64,000 nucleotides of DNA from Macrostomum lignano (lineage: Eukaryota), in NCBI GenBank assembly GCA_002269645.1, contig NIVC01000328.1, positions 1 to 64,000 of the forward strand. The letters run 5' to 3'. This document shows positions 38,154-51,616 of this stretch, piece by piece. Position numbers and translations under genes: made by a program. Every line of letters starts with the position of its first letter. The first letter of the stretch is position 1. The notes beneath the pieces are model-generated. The model saw nothing but the letters and a program-made list of their open reading frames with translations, made no database searches and was not told the origin of the DNA.

Positions 38154-38787
38154 TTTTGAAGTTTTTTAGCTCAGAAATCATACTTAAACATTGAATTCCA
38201 TGAAACAAAAATCATAATTATTAACTTGGTTGGCTTGACTATCAGGAGTATTCAGGCTCGCCCTACTCACCAATATGCAGAAGGTGTACCACAGTACTCA
38301 CGGTCAATTCCGACGTCTTTCCCTGCTTCTCCGCTCTGCTGTCCTTTTTTAGTCGCTCTCCAATCCTCCCACTCTGCTTTCCCGTCCAAAACCAATAATA
38401 TACTAATGAGATTTGGGCGGGCAGAATTGATGAAGGGCAGGAAAGGAGCAGGCCAGTAAGTCTGTCATTGGTCCGTCTCTCTTTTGTCTCAAAGCGCACA
38501 GTCTTGTTGACTGACTGCGTTAGCCCGCACGAGCGTTCAATTTCCAGATAGAGGCTGGCCTACCTGCAGTTGATTTCGCCAGCTGTGTGCATGTGCTGTG
38601 AACTGGACAGCATATTTTATGATAAACACTGCGGTAGGTGCTGAGTGGAGAGGGCATGGCTTCCGGTTGCGTAGGTCTCTCAGTGTCTGCAACATCTGCG
38701 GTGTCCTCCAGTTGAAGTTTTTGGGCAATAAAATTTTTACCGCGAATGTACTTTTAAGTAGCTGGATTGGAACTGTGGTTTCTAAGC

Positions 38788-38930
38788 ATGGGTTGTGGGT
38801 GTGGGGTTGTGGGCGTGGGGTTGTGGGTGTGGGGTTGTGGGTGTGGGGTTGTGGGTGTGGGGTTGTGGGTGTGGGGTTGTGGGTGTGGGGTTGTGGGCGT
38901 GGGGTTGTGGATGTGGGGTTGTGAGTGTGG
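38788..38930. repeat. 14-bp repeat (GGGTTGTGGGTGTG)
   Basis: About 10 copies. Confidence 0.9.
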
Positions 38931-39365
38931 GTTTGTGTATTAGTGAGGTTTTGGGTGTGGGTTACTATGTTAATTATATCGTCTATATTGTCATTTAATC
39001 CAGAAAGACAAAAACATTTCTGATGAGTGTCAAACTGTCCTTTATAATTATAGGAATTTGCTTTTTTGAAAGATGAAGGACTGCAGGGAGGGCACTTTTC
39101 TAATAACTCATAGTGAAACTGCAACTACAGTTGCATCGGCAATTAACTGCCTTACCTGCACGCATCAGTGTCACTGAGGCTTCCTCTCTAGCCGCTAATG
39201 AAATCAATACTGTCAGCCGAAGACTGACAGCAGAATTAAAGGTTAGAATCATGGGATCTGCGTTGCCATTGCTTAAGCAGATACAGGCTGTGGCGGCCTT
39301 TGTGCATAATTATTTGAGCACTTAGAAATAATTACCGTCTACTGATTCTCTTTGTAGCCTCTTAT

Positions 39366-39589
<224 letters not shown>

Positions 39590-39854
39590 TTTCAACTGTC
39601 TTTTTTCCTGCTTAACTGAGCAAACCCACTCCATTCTGTACTCTGACACAAGCAGTGAGTTTCAGTGACAAGCTTTACACTACCAGCTTTCATTGTGTCA
39701 GTGCTCTCTGCATTTCAGCGTGCACTCAGTGTACTCACTCGCTCTGGCTGCAGAATAGGACTTAAAGCTTTTCCAGCTCACCTGGGCAGCCAGTTTTCTT
39801 GCTCAAGCACAACTGAGTCCCCCAGAAAGTTTTCAAATCTAGTAGAGAAGCCGA

Positions 39855-41335
39855 ATGTACAGAAGCTCTCGCAGCGAGGAAGAGCTGGAGTCGCTCAGCG
39901 AGTCGCTGGTGCGGGAGGCGGCACCAACCGCCCTGGCGCTGGCCGAGCACGTGTACCGCCGAAACCGGGACTCAAAGTTTGCCAATCCGTCAACGGGAAG
40001 CAGCGCCGGATGGAGCAGCGGATGCTGGGCTCGCTGCTCAGCCGCATCCAGGATCGGAGCGACGAGTCCACGGAGTTCTGCCAGTTGCTGGCCACCTCGG
40101 AGGGCTTCGTCAGCGGCGTCTTCTGCGACATGCTGAAGTCATGGAGCCTGGAGTACCTCGGCGGGAAGCTGAGCGACCTGTGCTCCAACCTCATGTTCCA
40201 GCTGGTCACCATCATGTACAACTGCCTGTTCAAGAATGACAGCTTCGTGAACTCCAACCTGGCCAAGTTCGACCTGGTCGGGCCGGTGCGGCCTCTGCTG
40301 AAGTCGCCGGAGCCAGCGAGGTCCCTGCAGGCGCTGCTGCTGATGGCATTCGCGCTGGATGAGAGCCAGGCGGATCTGTTCCTCGGCGAGAGCGACATCA
40401 TCGGGCACCTGGTGGACGGCCTCCGGGCGTCGCTGAGCTGCAGCGAGCGGAGCTTCGAGACTGGCAACATGGTGTACAGCCTGCCGGAGCTGGCCAGGTG
40501 CACGCAGCGCCTCGCCCTCAACGATGTCAACAAGGCCCTGCTGATGAAGCTCGGCGTGCTGCCGGCCGTCAAGGCGATGCTTGAGGCCGCCGAGTCGCAG
40601 GACGTCGGCGCCGGGCTCGAGCTTGCGTTCACTCTGTCGTTTGAGAAGGACCGGCAGCTGAAGCTGGCCATGGGTGCCGAGATCTGCGACTGTCTGAGGC
40701 GTCTGGCCACCGCCAAGGACTGGGAGATGTCGCAGACGCTGCAAGGACTGCTGTTCAACATGGGCGAGAAGTTCACGATGAAGGTGCTCGGGCCCAGCAG
40801 CCGGGCGTTCGCTGCACTGGACGAATCCGCGGATCAGAAAAAGAAGAGGCCAGCGTCACAAGCATCAGCGGGGGCTCCGTCGGAGCCGAAGCCGTCGCAG
40901 TCAAGTGCTGATGTCGTGTTGACCTACCACACTGAGCAGAAGGACTTCGTGCGCAAGCTGCGGGAAGATCTGCTTCAATTGGGCGTCAGCGTGTGGGTCG
41001 ACTTCAAGGATGCTGCATCGCTAACTGACAGTCTTCGAGCAACGCGCGACGCTGTTGACTCATGTCGCCTAATAGTTGTCTGTCTGTCGCGCCGGTTCAA
41101 GGAGACGAACTCGTGCCGGATGCACGCGGAGCGAGCCGCCGACATGATGAAACTGGTGGTGCCGGTGTCGGCTGAAGACGGCTACGTACCAACCGGCTGG
41201 CTAGGGCAGCTGTGCGCCCGGTTTCAGCCCATTCCAGCGGACGCAAAGCCAGCCAATGAGATTCGCAAACGCCTGGCAAATCGGACATCCGGCCTACTGG
41301 CGCTGAGAGATGATGGCTCGGTTTGGCTCACTTAG
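39855..41335 (+). CDS. Intronless ARM-like + TIR (TIR_2-type) domain protein; probable 1-nt frameshift near 39975
   Basis: C-terminal DVVLTYH..KDFVRKLREDL..GVSVWVD..DAVDSCRLIVVCLSRRFK..SCR..VVPV..GYVPTGWLG matches the invertebrate ARM-TIR pattern. The middle is helical and Leu-rich. ATG at 39855 lies in the adjacent frame. Confidence 0.78.
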
Positions 41336-42403
41336 CTGCTATCTGTTTCTTCCTGGGTTAAGGACCGCGGATCGGGATGATTTTGTATCTTAATGGTGCT
41401 TTTTACACTCATTCCGTGCTAAATTTAGTTGTTAAAACACGCTGGATGTATATTATAGTTACGAGTATATTGCATGAATAAAAACACTTTTTGTTAAACT
41501 TAAAAAACAGAGGGAAATAAATGTAACAATATAAAACCCATTTTCTTTGAGTCTGTGTGACGATAATGTGGCGGCCCCGGAAATAATCAACGAAGACAAT
41601 ACGGCCGAGGCAATTTTTGTAGCGGTAGCACTTGGCAATAATGGCGACTGATGCGGGCAATGGCCGCAGACTTTGTTTATTGTAGCGTATGAGAGGACAG
41701 TTAGGCTTGCTATTATTAATTCCGTCTGGGCGGCCAACAGAGATAGGTTAAAGTACTAGTTGGATTCGTAAACGATGCACTGGCGGTTACACAACAATAA
41801 GTTAGATCGTAGAAGGCAGAGTGGGTCGATAAATTTGAGGCAATGGTGACGAAGTGATGGCGGTGAACGTGCGGTGGTGGTGCTCGGTAGTGAGAGCTCG
41901 AACAGACAGTAGAAGTGGCGTGACTGAGGCTTGGCAGAGGCGTGGTTAAGAACCGTGGCGGAGTGAGGCGGAGAGAAGGCAAGCAAACACGGAGTGCCGG
42001 GGCGGCAAGAGTCTAAGGAGCCTAAGGCTGCTGGCTAACGGGGCAGAAAAACAGGAACGGGGTAAAGGCCCCGAGCCCCCCAGCCAGACAGGACTGATAA
42101 AGAGCGGGCTGGGGGTGGGTGCGCGCGGAAAACTTAACATAATTAATGCGCGGCTTTTCTATTGGCCGGCTGGAAAAAAACAGAAAACAGAAATTATCGA
42201 TCGGGCACTGTACGCAGGCTTTACAAATGTACGCAAGCTGATTAAAATTCTTTGGGCACTACTTTAAGCAGACGTGAGAGTACGAAACCAACAATATTAT
42301 AGATTGGTACTGTATGCTAAAACAGCCCTTGGCTGGGCTACTTAAACTGACAACGTCACATGTGCTTCATATCTACGGCAATAGCTATTCGGTCTCACGC
42401 GAG

Positions 42404-44528
42404 CACAGATACTATAAACACTAGATAGGCCACTCCAGCTAATTTTCACAACACGACAGTTTACTCTACTTTCTGCTTAGTAGTAGTAAAAACATTTTAG
42501 CGTTATTTATATTTTTTTAAAATAAAAAAACAGATGAATGCAATGCAGCAATTGTATTGATTTTTTGCAAAAAGAAACTTATAATTATACTTTCCACAAT
42601 TCAAAGCAACATTGTGAATGCTTTAGATTGCATAGAAGGCTATATTATTGCAGTCAACTATTGTATATTTAGCAAATACGAGCTATATCATATACTCCAT
42701 AATCCATATTCGTGAAGCAAAATAGAAAGATTTCTCATCTTAATCAGCTCATCTGTTTGTGAAACTCGCAGCGTGCTGTCGAAGAACAGGGTCGCCAGTC
42801 GCCCTTGTTCAGAGGCAGCATTCAGAACGGCCCAACAGATGAAAAAAACTGGCGAATGCGCCACTTCAAGGTCCAGGGATGTATCCGATGGAGCCAATCC
42901 TCAGTGGTTTCGTAACAGGCAGCCGATAAGCAGCAGGACTTTTGTGGTGCAGCTGCAATGAGCTGCTGATGAGATGACATCCTTTGACCAGAGCACCCCT
43001 GACTGCGAGCGCCCTGCCGCCCAGTCGACCGCTGGAAGCTGCGCTAGCCACGCCTCCACAGTCCATGGATGCACGACTGCGCTGCACTTGCCTTGACCAT
43101 CGAGAGTTGCCGCTGCAGCCGCTTGATTTGCCTGTCGCTTTCGGGATTGCCGCTGCAGCCGCTTGATTTGCCTGTCGCTTTCGGGATTGCCGCTGCAGCC
43201 GCTTGATTTGCCTGTCGCTTTCGGGATTGCCGCTGCAGCCGCTTGATTCGCCTGTCGCTTTCGGGATTGCCGCTGCAGCCGCTTGATTTGCCTGTCGCTT
43301 TCGGGATTGCCGCTGCAGCCGCTTGATTTGCCTGTCGCTTTCGGGATTGCCGCTGCAGCCGCTTGATTCGCCTGTCACTTTCGGGATTGCCGCTGCAGCC
43401 GCTTGATTCGCCTGTCACTTTCGGGATCGTTGCTGCAGCCGCTTGATCTTTGCCTCTAGCGCTTGGAACCCGCGAATCGGCTGCAGAGGTGAGAGCTTTC
43501 AGCCGCAACAGCTGTTCTCGGCGCAGAATCTGGTAGCCGAAGGTTGCTCTGCCACAGCACTGGCAGCAGACAAGTCGCAGGCTCGGCTGCAGATAGATTG
43601 CTAATTGGCCCCAGCACTGGAGGGTACATGTCGTCTGCCTCTTCATCGTTTATCAGTCCTTTGCACAGAGGGTAGCTGGTCTATTTGAACGAGCCGAGGC
43701 AGCATCAACTCTTGGTGTGGGATTGCGTCCCAGCGAAAACAGATGTCTTGCACATCCGTGGCACTTTGTAAGGCAGCAGTAGGCCTCGTCCATAAAGTGC
43801 AAGCTGAACACACGGAGGCCCCGTGATTTAATTGTTTATAAAGATCAATATCCACGCTCCTGTAGTAGCTGCTGCCAGCGCTTCGCCAGTGTCATCTTTT
43901 GGTAATTTATGCATTCGCAACGGATTTTTCTTTCTCGGATGTTAATAGCACTAGTACAAAGCTCGTGCAAGTGGGAGCACAGCAGTGGTTCGAATCAAAA
44001 CATTTCTCGAGTACAAGATTAGATAGAAAAGCTAGTATGCACTCGAACTTTCTTTAACTCTGACTCTTGTCCTGTTCATCTATATAAGCTTGTATTTAAG
44101 CACGATTCGCCACCCCCAAATTTTCTAACCCACAACCTCTCAACCCCCACCCCACCCCTAACCCAGGCTAGCTATGTGCAGTCCTTTATTTTCTATCCCA
44201 CCACCAGTAGGCCTAAATTATCGATCCACTCACCCTGCCTTATACGAAACTGATATTAACCCTATTCCAGACTACCCCCCTTCCTCCACTTTGAAAGATA
44301 GCGGCATTGCACACTGTCTGTCGCGTCTTAATGTACACCATTACTGCACAAAACAAGTTAGTTGTTTATGGCGTTAGCAAAACGATGTCTTAAAAACAGT
44401 CACTCGATTTGTCTAATTTAGCAAATAATACTGTTGCTTCCTTTCATTGCTACTAAGCAGAAAGTAGAATAAAAAACTTGCCCAGAAAATTAGCCTGAGT
44501 GGCCTATCTAGTGTTTATAGTATCTGTG
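42404..44528 (-). mobile_element. Internally deleted P-superfamily element with a decayed THAP9-like transposase, 2125 bp
   Basis: TIRs starting CACAGATACTATAAACACTAGATAGGCCACTC and an 8-bp TSD CACGCGAG. Frameshifted THAP on the minus strand (HCCAPTC, MHKLPKD..W, VCS.HF, DAIP), then WSKDVISSA.QLHHKSPAAY and TLFFD. Confidence 0.85.
43109..43447. repeat. 40-bp tandem repeat inside the P element
   Basis: GCCGCTGCAGCCGCTTGATTTGCCTGTCGCTTTCGGGATT, about 8.5 copies. Confidence 0.95.
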
Positions 44529-44835
44529 CACGCGAGTATGCAATCTCTTGCGTCGTGTGTTGTACGAGCATAATTTTAAGACGTTAATAAAACAAGTGTT
44601 TGCAAAAAAACTGTCTATTCATAAGATCAGAAAGTGATTAATTTAAATATCAATAAAATATAGATCGATAACTCCTCTAGGTAGTAAGTGATATAATTAT
44701 TTGCCTTGTTGGTGTGATAATCCCAAAATAGATAATTTTGAATGCTAAAAATTCTATGAATCGTCTAGTTATTTAATAGAAAGTATAACTCGCTTGGGAA
44801 CAGGAGCAACATTTTTTAATATTTAAATGAATTTA

Positions 44836-45101
44836 CAGAGGCGGATTTAGAAATATAAAATGATGGGGGTGGATTTTAAACGTGAGTGGGGGCGCCATAA
44901 TATACACTATAGAGGGGCGCCATAATTCACTACATGGGCGCCATAATGCTCTACAAGGGCGCCATAATATACATTAGAGGGACCCCATCACAATATACTT
45001 AACACACTAAAGGGGCGCCATACTTAACAAACTGAGGGCGGTGAGGACCTTTTCTACCCTAATTCTCCGCCTCCCGCCCCCCCCCCCTAAATCTGCCACT
45101 G
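44836..45101. mobile_element. hAT-type MITE (266 bp)
   Basis: TIR CAGAGGCGGATTTAG / rc CAGTGGCAGATTTAG, perfect 8-bp TSD TGAATTTA, and internal GGGCGCCATAAT repeats. Confidence 0.85.
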
Positions 45102-46191
45102 TGAATTTATGAAAATACCCTATGAAATTGCAATTCTTCAGAATTCTTTAACTATTGGGATTTTCTCAGAAAGAGTATGCAGAACAGCTCAAGACGCTGG
45201 TCGTAAATAATACTCGTAGCAGAAATTCGAAGTAATTGTTTTACAATCCTAAACTAACCTTTTTTGGTGACATTTAGCCCTCTTTTTCAAGCAAAAATTA
45301 GATTTTACGATTTTAGTTTCTTACTGTGTGTTTCACGTTTTGATGGTTAATTTTCACCTATGCCATAAAAGTTTGTTAGATAAATTTTTAATCTTGAAAA
45401 TTATTGTATTGATCAGAAATTTCTTTGTGTTATAGGACTGATATTAATTGATGTTAAATTGATGTTAACATTAATGATGTTAAATTTAACATCAAATAGG
45501 TAATTTTTTCATATTTTTTGGCTTTTTGGCTTTTGTTTTATTAATATTAACAAGTAATTACATGAATCACAGGAAATGAAAGTTTAATTTTATTCTTATT
45601 ATTCTATAGCTAAATTTGCTATAATATATTGTTGTATTACATTTCTTGTGTCTGTTAAGTATTGTTTTAATCTATAATAAATAGAAGATAACTAAATAGT
45701 CATACAAGTGATCCAAAAATAGCTAGAAATGCATAAACCTTATTTAGTTTTAATTTGAAGCAATAGTAGTAGACTAACTAAGAAATAACGATACAGTGCC
45801 AGAAATTTGTAAACTCATTTATTGCCGATTGAGAATTTAAGCTAAAATAATCGCACTGGTAAATACTTTATATACTACAGAGATAAGGAATCACGCCTAA
45901 CCCTAATAGGAAGCTTCTATCGTGCAGCACAGCTTTTTGTAACTTAATATTATAAAACCTCACCTATGTGCCAACATATGACAGACCTCCGAGAATTTGC
46001 TTATCTGTTATATCATGTCGTACACCCTCAATCGTGTATTCTGTTTAGTTTATTTTCACAAGACTTGTTATCAACTTGTTATACAACTATGCTGTATAAA
46101 AACAGACACAGACAGTTTTGTGCCTTTTTATCGCACGAACCCAACTTCTAAGTTAAGTTGTGTTAGCGAAAATTTTTACAGAAATTTTGCA

Positions 46192-49100
46192 ATGACGAGC
46201 AGCGCCTCCAATCCAGGCTACACTGGCGAGCGGCACCCCGAGCTGTTCAAGGAGCGGCCGGCCAAAGGCAACAAGCCGGGCCAGCTGAGTCGGGCACAGC
46301 TGGACGAATTCTACACTCGAGGCTTCACCCTGGTGCGAGACTTCTTCACCAAAGAGGAGCTGGACGCTGTTAAAGCTGACATTACGGTGAAAGTCTCTGA
46401 GCTGGCGGATAACCTGTATAATGCCGGCAAGATCAAAGGTGATTGTTAATTATGTGACTTTATATTGCCCTGACTTCTGTGCTCTCGTGACTGTCCCTTT
46501 TGAGTCTAAATCACACAAGGTCCGTGCCAACGTACTTCACCAAAATAGTAAGGTCGCCCTGCGGACGGGCCCGGAAATTCCAGTCTTGAGGGCTTGGCGT
46601 CAGTAAGATGTGGTGAACTGTGAGTGCTGGCTTGAAGCTGCTGGTACGTCAGTAAGAGCTTGGTGTAAACACGATGTCAGTAAGATCAGAGCTTGGTGTA
46701 AACACGATGTCAGTAAGATCAGAGCTTGGTGTAAACACGACGTCAGTAAGATCAGAGCTTGGTGTAAACACGACGTCAGTAAGATCAGAGCTTGGTGTAA
46801 ACACGATGTCAGTAAGATCAGAGCTTGGTGTAAACACGATGTCAGTAAGATCAGAGCTTGGTGTAAACACGACGTCAGTAAGATCAGAGCTTGGTGTAAA
46901 CACGACGTCAGTAAGATCAGAGCTTGGTGTAAACACGATGTCAGTAAGATCAGAGCTTGGTGTAAACACGATGTCAGTAAGATCAGAGCTTGGTGTAAAC
47001 ACGACGTCAGTAAGATCAGAGCTTGGTGTAAACACGACGTCAGTAAGATCAGAGCTTGGTGTAAACACGATATCAGTAAGATCAGAGCTTGGTGTAAACG
47101 CAATGTCAGTAAAGATCAGAGCTTGGTGCAAACGCAATGTCAGTAAAGATCAGAGCTTGTTGCAAACGCAATGTCAGTAAGATCAGAGCTTGGTGCAAAT
47201 GCGATGTCAGTAAGATCAGAGCTTGGTGTAAACACGATGTCAGTAAGATCAGAGCTTGGTGTAAACACGACGTCAGTAAGATCAGAGCTTGGTGTAAACA
47301 CGACGTCAGTAAGATCAGAGCTTGGTGTAAACACGACGTCAGTAAGATCAGAGCTTGGTGTAAACGCAATGTCAGTAAAGATCAGAGCTTGGTGCAAACG
47401 CAATGTCAGTAAGATCAGAGCTTGGTGCAAATGCGATGTCAGTAAGATCAGAGCTAGGTGCAAACGCAATGTCAGTAAGATCAGAGCTTGGTGCAAATGC
47501 GATGTCAGTAAGATCAGAGCTTGGTGCAAATGCGATGTCAGTAAAGATAAGAGCTTGGTGCAAACGCGATTTCAGTAAGATCAGAGCTTGGTGTTAACAC
47601 GATGCCAGTAAGATCAGAGCTTGGTGCAAACGCGATTTCAGTAAGATCAGAGCTTGGTGTTAACACGATGCCAGTAAGATCAGAGCTTGGGGCAAATGCG
47701 ATATCAGTAAGATCAGAGCTAGGTACAAACGCAATGTCAGTAAAGATAAGAGCTTGGTGCAAACGCCATGTCAGTAAGATCAGAGCTTGGTGCAAACGCA
47801 ATGTCAGTAAGATCAGAGCTTGGTGCAAATGCGATGTCAGTAAGATCAGAGCTAGGTGCAAACGCAATGTCAGTAAAGATCAGAGCTTGGTGCAAACACG
47901 ATGTCAGTAAGATCAAAAGCTTGGTGCAAACGCGATGTCAGTAAGATCAGAGCTTGGTGCAAACGCGATGTCAGTAAGATCAGAGCTTGGTGTAAACACG
48001 ATGTCAGTAAGATCAGAGCTTGGTGTAAACACGATGTCAGTAAGATCAGAGCTTGGGGCAAACGCAATGTCAGTAAGATCAGAGCTTGGTGCAAACGCAA
48101 TGTCAGTAAAGATCAGAGCTTGGTGCAAACGCGATGTCAGTAAGATCAGAGCTTGGTGCAAACGCAATGTCAGTAAAGATCAGAGCTTGGTGCAAACGCG
48201 ATGTCAGTAAGATCAGAGCTTGGTGCAAATGCGATGTCAGTAAGATCAAGAGCTTGGTACAAACGCAATGTCAGTAAAGATCAGAGCTTGGTGCAAACGC
48301 GATTTCAGTAAGATCAGAGCTTGGTGTTAACACGATGCCAGTAAGATCAGAGCTTGGTGCAAACGCGATTTCAGTAAGATCAGAGCTTGGTGTTAACACG
48401 ATGCCAGTAAGATCAGAGCTTGGGGCAAATGCGATATCAGTAAGATCAGAGCTTGGTGTAAACACGATGTCAGTAAGATCAGAGCTTGGGGCAAACGCAA
48501 TGTCAGTAAGATCAGAGCTTGGTGCAAACGCAATGTCAGTAAAGATCAGAGCTTGGTGCAAACGCGATGTCAGTAAGATCATAGCTTGGTGCACATGCGA
48601 TGTCAGTAAAGATCAGAGCTTGGTGCAAACGCGATGTCAGTAAGATCAGAGCTTGGTGCAAATGCGATGTCAGTAAGATCAAGAGCTTGGTGCAGACGCG
48701 ATGTCAGTAAGATCAGAGCTTGGTGTTAACACGATGCCAGTAAGATCAGAGCTTGGTGCAGACGCGATGTCAGTAAGATCAGAGCTTGGTGTTAACACGA
48801 TGTCAGTAAGATCAGAGCTTGGTGTTAACACGATTTCAGTAAGATCAGAGCTTGGTGTTAACACGATGCCAGTAAGATCAGAGCTTGGGGCAAATGCGAT
48901 ATCAGTAAGATCAGAGCTTGGTGTAAACACGATGTCAGTAAGATCAGAGCTTGGGGCAAACGCAATGTCAGTAAGATCAGAGCTTGGTGCAAACGCAATG
49001 TCAGTAAAGATCAGAGCTTGGTGCAAACGCGATGTCAGTAAGATCATAGCTTGGTGCACATGCGATGTCAGTAAAGATCAGAGCTTGGTGCAAACGCGAT

Positions 49101-50672
49101 GTCAGTAAGATCAGAGCTTGGTGCAAATGCGATGTCAGTAAGATCAAGAGCTTGGTGCAGACGCGATGTCAGTAAGATCAGAGCTTGGTGTTAACACGAT
49201 GCCAGTAAGATCAGAGCTTGGTGCAGACGCGATGTCAGTAAGATCAGAGCTTGGTGTTAACACGATGTCAGTAAGATCAGAGCTTGGTGCAAACGCAATG
49301 TCAGTAAGATCAGAGCTTGGTGCAAACGCAATGTCAGTAAGATCAGAGCTTGGGGCAAACGCAATGTCATTAAGATCAGAGCTTGGTGCAAACGCAATGT
49401 CAGTGAAGATCAGAGCTTGGTGCAAACGCAATGTCAGTAAAGATCAGAGCTTGGTGCAAACGAAATGTCAATAAGATCAGAGCTTGGTGCAAACGCAATG
49501 TCACATGTCAGTAAAGATCAGAGCTTGTTGCAAACGCAATGTCAGTAAAGATCAGTGCTTGGTGTAAACACGATGTCAGTAAAGATCAGAGCTTGGTGTT
49601 AACATGATGCCAGCAAGATCAGAGCTTGGTGTAAACACTATGGCAGTAATGTACGAGCGTAATATCTGAGCTTAATGTAAGCGTGATGTCAGTAAGAACA
49701 GAGCTCATTGAATTCGACACTTTCTGAGATGTAGCACTGCACCATGCGGCACATATTCTAGCTAATTATTTTTTACTTTACTGACTTAACACTGAAACCT
49801 TCACGCCAGACAAGCACGAGGGCCTCGGATTCTACCACCGCCTTTGCGCCATCGAGCGTGACTTCCCCGGTGCCAACATAGTGCTTCACAAACTGTCCAC
49901 CTTGCCGCCCTCGTTCCGGGCCATTGCTGCTCACGAGCGAATGCTGAACCTCCTTGAGGACATCGTCGGCCCGAACATCTCTTTCAACCCGGTGTGGAAC
50001 CTGCGCACCAAGACGCCAAACAACGCCGCCAGCACGGTTCCCTGGCACCAGGACAGCGGCTACTTCGACGTGGAGTCCTACAACACGCTTATCGTCACCG
50101 CCTGGGTGCCCCTGCTGGACACCAACGAGCAGAACGGCACCCTGCAGATGGTGCCGGGCTGCCACCGGGACGGCTACATCGCCAAGCACACCTGCTGCGC
50201 CGGGCCCACCTGGTACATAGACCTGGACGAGGACACGATCGAGAAGGAGTTTGGCGTGGACATGGCCAAGGACCCCGTGACTCTTGACGTGCCGTACGGC
50301 TCTTTTCTGCTGTTCAACAACTTCACACCGCACCGGAGCCTCAACAACCGCTCGGACGTGGTGCGCTGGTCCATCGACTTCCGCTGGCAGCGCACGGGCA
50401 CCCCGGCTGGCTTGTTCGGCCTCAAGCCCACCTGTGAGGTGCGCCGCGACGGGGAGCCGGACTTCCGGCCAGACTGGGACAGCTTCGACTCTGTGGACCG
50501 GAACAGAGCCCAGCTGGAGTCCATGGCCAGGGACGAATCCGCAGCTGATGAGTTCAGCGCAGTGATCTCCGGTCCGTGGATGAAGAAATGGGAGATCGTC
50601 AACCACAACAAGCACACGGACGCGTTCGAAAAGAACCCGGAAGGCTGGCAGCCTGGGATGCTGCATGGGTGA
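46192..50672 (+). CDS. PhyH-family Fe(II)/2-oxoglutarate dioxygenase; exons 46192-46438 and 49810-50672
   Basis: FY..GFTLVRDFF, PWHQD (HxD), AWVPL.D....NGTLQMVPGCH, PHRS (distal His), RWSIDFR. Phase-1 GT-AG intron. Confidence 0.9.
46645..49690. repeat. 33/34-bp minisatellite (GTCAGTAAGATCAGAGCTTGGTGTAAACACGAT), about 3 kb
   Basis: About 90 copies in the PhyH intron. Confidence 0.97.
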
Positions 50673-51616
50673 CTGACGTAATTCGTTTGCTGCCTTGATT
50701 GTAAGGAGTCAATAATCAAAGGAAGCGAACCATTTATCATTAACAAACGCTTGCAAACCGGTTTAACAGTTCGTTCTACGACTAACTTTATGAGTATGTT
50801 GAATTCCTCATTGAATCATGGCTATGTTTAATATTTTCGATTGCGTCTGTTTGTTTTGGCAACCATGATTTAGATTTTTGTTTTAATGGATGGTTGATGG
50901 GAAAAATAATGAACGACAAAATTCAGGAAAACTAAGATTCCCAGTTTGAAAAGATTTTGGAAAGCTCGCAGCTAGCCACGATATGTTTATTTTTTCTCTT
51001 AATTGCTATTTTGTGCAATAAATATAAATGTGCTACTTATTTTGATTAAAGGTGCCTACATAAATACATTTTTGTAAATAGTTCAGCTATTGATTGGATT
51101 TCAAACTGAATAAAAAGAAGAAAATCAACCGCTTAAATGAAATCAACCAATATTAACAAATACTAGCATGAGTATGACGAAAAATCGGAAAATTATATTT
51201 TTGCTGAAAAAAATTACCTCGAAAAAATCAAATATTCAAATATTCGGGCCAAAAAGAGATTTTAATTTTATGTGGTAGTGTCTGAATTAAAAAGCTTATT
51301 GTTGTTATTCGGAAATAATCGAAGTGGCACGAATTTAAATTGAAACATTTCGACTCTCTCGAGTTAAAATTGACAGTTTAAACCTAAAAACAATCAGAAT
51401 TTGATTTTTTGTGATGAAAAAAATTCATGACATTAATCAACTTGATTTCAGTAATAAATACCAAGAGTTAATTTTATAAGCATTTTAATTTGATCATAAA
51501 TTTGAATTTCTGTTTTGTTTTATTTTCTAAAAAGTAGCTCTTGATAATTTTTTAAAGATAAACTTTTAAGCAGTTATCAACCGAATCAACGTCTCTGAAA
51601 TCCGGCATTGTTTTGC

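Noticed and set aside
41400-42200. GC-richer segment with short ORFs
   Set aside because: No motif, TIR or splice pattern that I could support.
46645-49690. CRISPR array (also considered for the 27-, 44- and 46-bp arrays)
   Set aside because: Units are head-to-tail with no unique spacers, there are no cas genes, and the context is eukaryotic introns.
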